This document shows, one piece after another, positions 13,651-23,807 of a stretch of DNA of 64,000 nucleotides. Position 1 is the stretch's first letter. Each line of letters starts with the position of its first letter. The notes beneath the pieces are model-generated. The model searched no databases. It had not been told where the DNA came from and was given only the letters and a program-made list of their open reading frames with translations. This stretch comes from Nemertoderma westbladi (lineage: Eukaryota > Animalia > Xenacoelomorpha). The DNA is taken from positions 50,218 to 114,217 of the forward strand of contig JAUCBJ010006880.1 of assembly GCA_032718475.1 (NCBI GenBank), read 5' to 3'. Both the position numbers and the translations under genes were made by a program.

Positions 13651-14176
13651 AATATATAGGCCTACTTTGAATCACAATGTCAATAAAAATTAGTTATGAA
13701 TGATTAATTTTAATGGAAGAGATTTAGTGGAAAAAATTATTAATTTTAGTGATAAAAAAATTATTAATTTTAGTGATTAAAAATTATTAATTTTAGTGAT
13801 TAAAAATTAAGTGTTTATGATGGGAACATTTCATTTGTCTGATGTCCCGGACATCAAACAAATAAACAATATGAATGAGAATTTTAGAAATTGGCATAAT
13901 ATAAGCCAAATACGATCGTGTGACCTTCGCCCAGCATCATGACTAGGTGGGCTTTTGCGTAGCTGTACAATTAGAGGACCTAGTTATTACCTCCTAGCGG
14001 CCAACAGAAGAACTATAGAAGTCTGTCTGCGTGTGTAATTTCGAAACTTTTTATACAGTACATATGTACCAAGTTTGGTTACATTTCATCAATGATTGAT
14101 TTAGTGTGGTTCTAGAATAATTAATATAATTAATTTATAATTAATTTTAGGTATAATTAATTTATTGATTTTAGGT

Positions 14177-14327
14177 AATAACTATTTACATACTTGTGTG
14201 TACTTTACAGTGTGATGATCCGAGTGGCTTTGTTACACGAACGAACGTTAGTGAGTGAGTGGAAATAAAGCCACGAGGATCAGAACACTGTAAAGTACTT
14301 TGCAACAAGTATGTATGTAGTTTTATT
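14177..14327. repeat. ~150-bp imperfect hairpin (Crypton-like terminal palindrome)
   Basis: AATAACTATTTACATACTTG...CAAGTATGTATGTAGTTTTATT, loop ACGAACGAACGTTAGTGAGTGAG. Confidence 0.5.
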
Positions 14328-14614
14328 CCAAAATGTTAACATTACGAAATGATTGTATATATACTATAAGTGATAGAAACTGCACAAATTTTATTAGTTG
14401 CTGTATAAATAAATGTAAAAATGACATAAATTATGTTATAAATAAGTTAGCTTATATTTATCGCGGCGTTTGGAGCTATGTTATAATAATATAGCTAGGC
14501 CCTACTGGTTATGGTTAGAGCAGTAGGCTTATCTGGCTGTCAGGCAAATTCCCACCTATTGTTTACGTGGTAACCAATGACGCCGTAACTTTACAGCTTT
14601 ACATTTACATTACA

Positions 14615-15948
14615 CTACTACTAGGATCGGCATGCTGCATTGCAGCTGCATTTTTAAGAATGCTGTGCCGGCCTGTCAACAAAATTGCACCACCACAACT
14701 CCCTATCACCCATGACATTTGCTAGATCATCCGCATCTTTAAGGCCAGTGTCCTTTAAGATGCGTCTCAAGAAAGTCATGGGCTGTCCACCATGCTTATT
14801 CACTCCATGAGGCTGCCAAAGTACAAGATTATGCACTGGCTGGTCCTCACGGCGAAAGCAATGTCCTGCAAAGCGGAGGCGATTTTGTTCTAGTGTCAAG
14901 CTTGGGGGAACCAATGAGACACCTCCAATGTTATATAGTGTCTGGTTGGAGATGTGTGCATTGTACTTGACACAATGAACCCGGCGTAGCATTCTTGTAA
15001 ATGTGCCATCCAGAGATTTGGTGTCCTCAGCAGTTAGAGCCCAGCATGGACTCCCGTAGAGGAGTACTGGAACTACTGCTGCTCTAAATAATCGGACCTT
15101 AAGTTTCCGATTAATTCTAGGTGACTTCCAAATCCTGGAAAGCCTATTCAAGGCTGCCCATGCCTTTCCCTTACGTATTCGAAGGTCCTCACCTGACTTC
15201 CGGATCCATGATCCCAGGTAACAGAAGTCGTCCACATGCTCAAGCATACCATCCTTTGAGCTTATGCTCATCCGATCAGAGACTTGCTGAGGACTTTCAA
15301 AGTTAACCGTCAGAATTTTGGTCTTTCTGGAGTTAATAAAAAGACCAACACTAGAAGCAGCATGTTCTAATGAGCTGAGGAGCCGTTGGGCTCCCTCTAA
15401 TGATTCTGAGAGTACTCCTAAGTCATCAGCAAAGTCTAGATCAGTTAGGTACTTGGCAGGATTTCCTCGACTTCTGGAGCCAGTAGGTGGAGTTATCATC
15501 ACCCCATCATCATTATGATGATCTAAGGACATGCGTAGAACATAGTCAACCACAATAATGAACAAGAATGGTGCAAGTGTGTCTCCTTGGAGGACGCCCC
15601 ATAACACTTCAAATGGTTCTGTGTCACCGTCAACAGTAGACACAAATGTTGTCGAACCATCGTATACTGATCTGATTGCTGCAATAATTTCATCAGGAAT
15701 CCCATATAATGAAAGTATGAAAGTATGCTGAACATACGTGACCGAGAGACTGAATCAAAGGCCTTGAAGAAGTCAACAAAGATAACAGCCAGATGCCTGT
15801 CTTTCTTTTTTTGATAATTCTTCAATTATCCTTCTAAGTGCCAAAATGGGCTCCATGGTCCCACGACCTTTACGGAACCCATTCTGATTTCCACGGAGCA
15901 GTCTCTCAATGGGATCCCTGATGCGATTTAATAGAATCCTATTGTATT
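14615..15948 (-). mobile_element. 5'-truncated RTE-clade LINE in an otopetrin intron
   Basis: RT motifs FVDFFKAFDSV, GVLQGDTLAPFLF, LDFADDL, FCYLGS, RLRFAGH. (TAG)3 tail; 11-bp TSD TTTACATTACA at 14604-14614 and 15949-15959; frameshift from an 8-bp duplication near 15711-15726. Confidence 0.9.
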
Positions 15949-16394
15949 TTTACATTACAATTTATACATTACAACACCCACTACAATACTAAATGTACAG
16001 GCCAATACAATGCTGTAATGTCCTCTAAAGTTGTAAAGTGCTAAATAACAACTCGCTGTTAATACTAACGGCGTTGAGTAATGTTACAATTTTGAAATAA
16101 AAAATATAATTTAGTTATTTGTTGAACAAGGGTTTACGAGGATAACATAATGATGGGGTTTGGCTTCGCACTTGGAGAACATAATAGTAAAATATGATAG
16201 GCCTCCTGTAGTTTTGGTTAATCAAAGAAATTGGAAACAGTTAAATTTTTTTTTAGACCTCTGGCGGGAGTCTATCGAGCTGATGATGTCTGAAAGTTTC
16301 AGCGATCGAAAGTTAACTATATACTGTATTTCTCAACTAGGCCTACACGTTATACTGCATCAACTTACTATACTGTATGTTCCCCTTTTCACAG

Positions 16395-16502
16395 GATCTT
16401 GACGAATCCCACGAATGGTTTTGTGTATCCAAGGATGTTGACAGCGCAGTATTGGTTAAAGATGTCAGCCCTGTATTAATAGCAATGATGGTAGAATTTA
16501 AG
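16395..16502 (+). CDS. Otopetrin coding exon 2 (36 codons, absent from the ORF track)
   Basis: Acceptor CCCCTTTTCACAG, donor GTGAGA. Encodes DLDESHEWFCVSKDVDSAVLVKDVSPVLIAMMVEFK, in phase 0 with both neighbours and containing the TM6 glutamate. Confidence 0.85.
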
Positions 16503-17028
16503 GTGAGATAATATTAGTTATAATAATTCTCACAATTGAGCACAAATATGAATATCATTGAATAACCAGGCCAATAATATTAAAAATAGATTGACCTAAA
16601 TTTTAGAGAAAGAGGACTTGACTTGACGCAAATCCCTTCTCGGCGATTTAAGAATTTAAAATATCAATTACGGGAAAGGAGCAGGTTACAATGACATTTT
16701 GAATTTTGATGCTGGCCTATAACCAAAAAAGGAGTCAATAACATAGCCAGGGATGGCATAACGAAACGAAATGATTAATGTCTCGTTTCGTTCTGTCTTC
16801 CCTGAACTCAGGTTACAACTACATTTTGGATTCCGTCTCGACGCCATTTCACATTCTCATCAATATAAAATGGTAGAGAGAGAAAATAGAGTTTAATTTA
16901 ATAATTGACATAATTTTTATTTAAAAATAATTGTTTCTTGAGTTTCATAATATTAATGAATATTATAACGTATCTTTCTTTTATGATCACTATTTTATTA
17001 TTATAATGTTATTTACTTATTTATTTAG

Positions 17029-17871
17029 GTTGTTTCAGCGAGCTACCTCTACATGATGTGGTGTAACGTCGGGAAATCTTCACATCACATCGAACCAGTG
17101 AAAGTCTACTGGAAACTGGATCTGCAAGTTGCTCGAGAATTCATCAAATGTCCAAATTTCGCATTGATTGCTGGCGGGATAGTATTTGCCGCGGATTTTG
17201 CCGTGGTCATTATATACGGGAATTTAATCACTGAAGTCCACAGTGTACTACTCACAGCTACTTACCACACTGTCGTTCTCACATTGCTAATTATGTCTGT
17301 CATCGTTATGATATTGGCATTCCGTAGAATGACTAAACATCACCAACGCCACGACCACTACAACGAACCCCTGGATGTGGTTGTCCTAATCGTGGCTCAA
17401 TGCGGGGTTTATCTCAACCTTGCGTTCTGCTTCTATGCATTATTTATTGACGAAAAATACAGGCAATACATGCCAACATCGTTAGCAATTTTATTAATCT
17501 CAGGAGTTCAAACATCATTCCAGACTATATTTATAATGGATAGTTTGCGAAGGGGAAAATTTAGAACGATTTACCGTGAATCTCGTTGTTCCATTACCAA
17601 TCCCAAAGCGGCTATTACCATCCTAATGTTACTAAATTTAGCGCTATGGATGCACAGCCTTCTAGAAATTAAACACCCAGAATTCTATCCAGCTGTTATC
17701 GATTATTTTGATCCAAAAGTCTGGGCTGTAATTCGGTATGTGACGTCACCGCTTGTCATATTTTATCGCTTCCATTCCACCGCAGTGATTTTCGATGTTT
17801 TGGTACATGCCTTTATGGATACAAATAAATTTCTTAAAGTTGGACAACAAATGGATTCATTTTACCGATGA
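17029..17871 (+). CDS. Otopetrin coding exon 3; spliced protein about 579 aa
   Basis: Acceptor TTTATTTAG, then VVSASYLYMMWCNVG, QTSFQTIFI, LLNLALW and the signature PLVIFYRFHS. Confidence 0.9.
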   Translation, partial: VVSASYLYMMWCNVGKSSHHIEPVKVYWKLDLQVAREFIKCPNFALIAGGIVFAADFAVVIIYGNLITEVHSVLLTATYHTVVLTLLIMSVIVMILAFRRMTKHHQRHDHYNEPLDVVVLIVAQCGVYLNLAFCFYALFIDEKYRQYMPTSLAILLISGVQTSFQTIFIMDSLRRGKFRTIYRESRCSITNPKAAITILMLLNLALWMHSLLEIKHPEFYPAVIDYFDPKVWAVIRYVTSPLVIFYRFHSTAVIFDVLVHAFMDTNKFLKVGQQMDSFYR

Positions 17872-18202
17872 GTACCTAATATCGTATTGGTACGAACAGC
17901 TGTTATTGTGGGCAATGGAAGTTATTGATGTTCAGCGAACATATTAAACTTCTACACCATTCGGTTACCCAATAATTATTGCACGAACGCTTTAATATGA
18001 TCCTTTTCATCGTCTGCTTTAAAGTTGAACTTTATCATAAACTATTTTTGTTTATGTCAACTTTATCAGCACAGTGATGAAACATAACAGGAACAGCCCT
18101 TTAGGTCATCACGCTTAAAACTAATCAATAGGCCTACCTAACTAAGAAGCAATAGACTTCCTAGAACACTTCTTAGAATATTATTTCTGCATTATTCTAG
18201 TG

Positions 18203-19616
18203 TGAAAAAAATCGTGCGATCGACTTAACTAACTCGTGCGAACGACATACTAAGTCGTGCGAACGACATACTAAGTCGTGCGAACGACATACTAAGTCGT
18301 GCGAACGACATACTAAGTCGTGCGAACGACTTAACTAACTCGTGCGAACGAGTAAGTAACTCTTGCGAACGACTTACTAACTGTACTTTGGTTGGCTAAA
18401 TAATACTGGTAATAAAAGTAGGCCTTTTTAGGGGGATTTTCAATTCAATCTACAGCATTTGTTGATGGCATTATTGGTTGAAAATAGTATTATCAATGGC
18501 TGAACGCGCTATGTTAATATCGACGTACTTTAACTTAGGCCGACAATACAACCGACATATTGTAGCAAATTATAATATCTTTAACATATTAATTTTATTT
18601 TAACTTATTCAGTAAATAGCTGTATTATCTACGGTCAGCGCTGTTAGATACGCTGATTTTAGTGTCAGGTGTTGTTGCTGTGTTGTTAAGCAACATTCCC
18701 ATTCCCATCTCACTATTGTATCGAACAGCTGTAGTCGAAATCTCAGGTTTTGGGGGTAGGTGAGATAGATCCTACTATTTAGAGTATTGTACAATATTGT
18801 GACTCTGCCACTATATTCGATTTGAATAAAGTACTGTACGTACCCGTATTTCACTTTCAGGCTCTCGTTTCATATTTCACTCAGTCGCTTAAGCTCGTTC
18901 TTAATAAAATTAATTCGAATAAATAATGCGTAACATCCCTAATGAAACCAGTGGGTGCATTGATGGATATTCCCGGAAAATGATTTGGTTGAACGTATAT
19001 AACACCAACAATGACAGTAAAGCTATCGGGGGCTACTTCCTCGAAGCGATAACTGAGAACAAGGGTGATCGTGGATTGTTTGTTGGAATTTTGGAACAGA
19101 AAATGTTCGCGTTTGAGACTTTCAGAAGTTCATCCGTAGAGATCACACTGACAATATGCAACAGACCTGTTACATCGATGGCGCGAGCACAGCGTAGGAT
19201 AATTTCCTTATTTAGTTTTAAAGCAGATGAAATCTGTCCGTATGTTAGGCCTAAGTTAAAGTACGCCGATATTAACAGAGCGCGTTCAGCCATTGATAAT
19301 AATGTTTTCAACCAATAATGCCATCAACAAATGCTGTAGATTGAATTAAAAATCCCGCTAAAAAGGTTGTACTTTTATTACCAGTATTATTTAGCCAATC
19401 AAAGTAAAGTTAGTAAGTCGTTCGCACGAGTTACTTAGTCGTTCGCACGCGTTAGTTAAGTTGTTCGCACGACTTAGTAAGTCGTAAGCATGAGTTAGTA
19501 TGTCGTTCGCACGAGTTGTTCGCACGACTTAGTATGTCGTTCGCACGAGTTAGTTAAGTCGTTCGCACGAGTTAGCAAAAAAAAAATTTTTCTCATGTCC
19601 CTTTAGGGGCTCCGTA
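18203..19616. mobile_element. Rearranged IS3EU-like DNA transposon remnant with 21-bp subterminal repeats
   Basis: Right end reads TACGGAGCCCCTAAAGGGACATG on the minus strand (TAYGG terminus). (AAGTCGTGCGAACGACATACT)n arrays occur in both arms. Integrase-like fragment GCIDGYSRKMIWL at 18953-18990. Confidence 0.7.
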
Positions 19617-21262
19617 GACCCTCCATCCCCCCAAATTGTTTTTTTTTAATCTTTATCATATGGCCACGATACGGAGGGTGCGATTTCGCAAGACTTTTAA
19701 AACGCTTATAAAAAAAATTTAAAGGCAAAATTGTCGAAAATTCCTGCTTCTTGGTTGAACTACTGTAGTTGTGTTTCAAATTTCAAGCAATATGATAAAG
19801 ATTTGTAGAAAAATTTGGGGGGGGGGGGGGGGTGTGTCTGTGTCATCAGAAAATGACACTGTATTACGGGTCATGGTGTGTTGTTGTAGGTTAGTTACTG
19901 TAATTACGGATAGTTGCTTAAATGGATTTTAATTTCAAATATATTCCTGAAAAACATTACAATCTGAAGTGTTTACGTAAAGTTTATTGTACTAAAATGA
20001 CATTAAATGTATGTATCAGTTCCCCAAACCGGTAGAGAAATACACTCGAGTCATAACTAAGTTATGTGATACTTTTCACACAATGATGTAAAAATAGTGA
20101 TTCAGTATAAGTCTAGTTACTGCCGTATAGAAATGCCGTACTTTAATAGACTGGTGTAAGTAAGTAGTAGTACCGAATTGGTATATATTTTAGGTTTGTT
20201 TAATTAAAGGTGGAAACTTATAAAATTTATGGCAATAAATTAATTTTTTCATTTATGGGAATACTATGTTGGACGTATAACTGATGTTGGCGTAGATATA
20301 TTTTGGATGAAAACATTTCATATAAATTTTCAATCAAATCTCCACCGAAAAATGAAAACCTGACATTCTAGACATGTCCCACAAACCCACCCCCCCCCCC
20401 CCCCCCCCCCACAGCGGATTTAAGAAAATGAATCAGTAATTAACATACTATCATATATTATACAGTAATGTATAGTTCATCATTCAGTAAAGAAACATAA
20501 ACAAACGTTATATAAATAAGAACTATCATTATGAGTTTACAAGTACCAGAACAGAGAACACCGGTTACAAATTCTACAGTAACATTTATTATATAATTAT
20601 AATGTTTACGATCTAAATGTTACACAATTCCAAGAGTTATGCTGTATAGCATAGAGCTGTATATTTATTATAATACAGGCCATCAACAGATGAAGAAGAG
20701 TCAGCATTAGGGAAAGAGTAATTATAGTATAGGAGCGGTACCCAATGTGAGACACTTTAATAACCGTTTTGAACAACTACGGCATTTTACACCAGCGCAC
20801 CGAACGCCTTTGTTTTAGTTTCAGTAAGGTTTTTTTATATAGGATCAAACAGGATGTTACCAAGTGGTGACCTGGGAAGACGGGAATTGGTATTAAAGTG
20901 AGGTACAAGAAGGACTGCTGGACTACAACAGATAGACACATATTGTTTTAGAATTTTAAAATAAGTAAATTTAAAAAATCTGACTACATTCGTCTGTTCG
21001 TAGTAAAAGAAACCTACGTATTAGCAATTAGGCCTATGTTCTTATTTTCAATAGACTAGACATGCGTTCAAAAGTGGATCCAGCATTGGATAGGCCTATT
21101 AAAGTAGATAAATGTTTTATTGTTGTACTGCCAAAAATTGTTATTTTGGCAATCCGCTGAGGAGTCTGAACTGAATAATGTCAGAGTTTTCAGTTTTACA
21201 AAGTCAGTTTGTTTGTTTAGTTGATAAAAGACTACTTAGTTGATAAAGGACCCTTCCCTCCC

Positions 21263-21925
21263 CTAGTACCGGCCTTTGGGACTCCTCCGTCGCTCCCTAG
21301 AGTGACTCCTCCGTTTGGGAGACCGCGAACTCCGCCTACCTTCGCTCCTCTTCCTCCGCCCGTAGAGATCGCGTCGTAGATCCCTCGAGATCGGCTTGAG
21401 ATGCATAAAGTTACAGAAACCGCCGCGGGTGCATTCGCCCATCTCGTACTGCCGACAGCACGCTTCCCGGAAATCGGTGACCGGACTGAGTTCCGCATGG
21501 ATCGGCATCCCGTTGAACCACCGGTTGTTTAAATCGTTTACCGCCTTCTCCGCGTCTTCTTCTCGCCGGAACTTCACGTAAACCGAACCAACTAGATGAT
21601 CCCCCAAGTTATCGCAAACATTCATCTCCTCAACTTCGCCGTATTTATCCTCGAGTTCGACGAATATATCCTCGAAGAACTCGTCGTAATGTTCTTGCAT
21701 CTCGACGTCGGTGACTCCGGTAGTCAGTTGGGCCCCCTCCGAGCCCATCGCAGTCAACTGCGGGTTGCGGTACAGATTTGGGATCAGTATAGTCTGACTG
21801 AAAGTCGGTTTATTGTGCGTACGGGAACATCTGTCGCCATGACGACAGGCCCCGATCTTGAAATAAAACGAGCAATTAACTTTATCTTTTTCAGTACCGA
21901 AGATGGAAGCTAAATGTTCTGCCAT
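21263..21925 (-). CDS. U2AF1: U2 snRNP auxiliary factor small subunit (U2AF35), 220 aa, intronless CDS
   Basis: MAEHLASIFGTEKDKVNCSFYFKIGACRHGDRCSR; two CCCH fingers flanking a UHM domain; RS-rich tail. Confidence 0.98.
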   Translation of the reverse strand: MAEHLASIFGTEKDKVNCSFYFKIGACRHGDRCSRTHNKPTFSQTILIPNLYRNPQLTAMGSEGAQLTTGVTDVEMQEHYDEFFEDIFVELEDKYGEVEEMNVCDNLGDHLVGSVYVKFRREEDAEKAVNDLNNRWFNGMPIHAELSPVTDFREACCRQYEMGECTRGGFCNFMHLKPISRDLRRDLYGRRKRSEGRRSSRSPKRRSHSRERRRSPKGRY

Positions 21926-22362
21926 TCTGAAGAATTTGTGTCATTCAGCTGTCCTTAGCCTCAGGTGCGGATATTATTTTCAAATTTAAGAATCGGTACG
22001 CGGCACTGTCTGACAGTCAGACAGTACCGTACCGGTAGTACAGCAAACCAGTACTGCAGTAACTGCAAACTGCTAAATTCAGAAATTGAGTACCCGGTAC
22101 TATTTGAACATCAAATTATCAGTATACTGGACAAGTCCCTAAAAGGTGCCACCCTGCTCCATAGCGCGGGAAATTCAAATGATTGAAAGACATGTTATCT
22201 GTACTGGAAAGGGTGGCAGATCAGATCTGCCACCTATATATTTGCGGTAAATTCAAATCTGTTTTAATATTGAATACATGAATAGAGTAAGACTAATGTA
22301 ATTCATTGAATCAGAATAAATTATTCTTATCGGTTTAACTCACTCATCCGTTCAGCCGTTAA

Positions 22363-22907
22363 TGTAGGCGTTAATTTACCCTAATGGGTGAAGCTTACCT
22401 ATTTACATGGCTCGACCCAGAATATGTGCCTTTGCTATAAGAGGCTATGAAGCTCCATTGGCTGGACCCACAAATACTTGGACCAATGACAGTTCATTTA
22501 CATTCAATGTTGCTCTGCTATTGGTTTGTATTGTTATGATATATTTTGGGGCCCAGATCTAAAGACTATAAAAGCCTGAGTTTCAAGTTCATTATTCATT
22601 CGTAGCTTTGGGCTCAGCAAATTCATTTACCGCTGCTAGCGGCTACCTAGATTTGTTGGGAACCTAATAGGTTTATCTATAGTATACATTCATTATTATT
22701 TGGGTGTTTATATTGCTTGACTTTGAGATACATTATAAGTGGAATAGCCCTTCAATTGATCACGGTTAGTGTTTTCCGTATATTAGCCCGTTCGGGCCCC
22801 TGATGCTTTTCCCTTTGATGGACCTCTCAATCCAGTTCGTAGCCAGTAGCGCGTCATTTGATTGCTCCCGGCCAGCGCGAATCACAATGTTGTAAACCGG
22901 GCCAACA
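22363..22907 (+). repeat. 5' LTR of Bel/Pao A
   Basis: Appears identical to 29430-29974. Confidence 0.95.
22567..22601 (+). promoter_or_regulatory. Predicted LTR core promoter (TATA plus Inr)
   Basis: TATAAAA at 22567 and TCATTC with its A at 22598, 31 nt downstream. Confidence 0.6.
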
Positions 22908-23079
22908 TTAAGTAAATGAATTTGAGGCCATTTTAAACTTTTTCGATTAATAAATTGAATTTTCTATTTTATTAATTTATTTATTCTTCTTGATTGAATT
23001 ATAAAGCTTTATTAATCATACGTAACTTATTATTATTTTTACCGGTATATTATTTATGTTTCGTTCATAATTTGTTTAA

Positions 23080-23432
23080 TTACATGAACTGGTTATTGTT
23101 ATTATACCAGCGCTTGTGATTAAAAGGTTGATTATATTATTCAGTTCTGTTTTCTTTAAAATTTATATTAGGCTAAGATTACATGAACTGGTTATTGTTA
23201 TATCCCAGCGTATGTGATTGAATAGCTGATTATTACTATTACCGGTATAGTATTAATTTATGTTTTCTTTATAACTTTACTTTAAAAGATTACATGAACT
23301 GGCGATTTGTTATCCCAGCGCATGTGATTGAAAGCTGATTGATTATATTATTAATTTATGTTGACTGTATAACTTGATTTAATAGCCATTACATGAACTG
23401 GGGATTGTTATTATCCCGGCGCATGTGATTGC
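23080..23432 (+). repeat. Four ~100-bp repeats in the leader of Bel/Pao A
   Basis: TTACATGAACTGG...CCAGCG..TGTGATT occurs four times. Confidence 0.8.
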
Positions 23433-23807
23433 AACGGACATCATCACTAGCGATCTCCAAATAGGATCGCAATACAACCCTACTGTACTAAAACACTGAG
23501 TTTCATAAACTGAGTTTATACTGTTTACACCAGCGTATGAGAACGATTACTTAGGTAGTAACATAGCGACAAGCGCATAATTATTAGTAAAGAAGAACGC
23601 AGTCAATAACTTGTTTACAGGCACTGGGGTTTGTTTAAGAACCACAGCACCTGTGAATTAGTAAAACATTGAGAGCAACCAAACAAAGTATATTACATTA
23701 GATATCGCTCGGGTAAATATAGATTACACAAATAAACGTAACATAATAATATAAATAAATAAAATAAACTAAGAGTCAATCATATAACATCGAATAAGTA
23801 ATTCGTA

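Noticed and set aside
18213-19575. Regular 21-bp repeats superficially like a CRISPR array
   Set aside because: No unique spacers, no cas genes and a eukaryotic context; these are transposon subterminal repeats.
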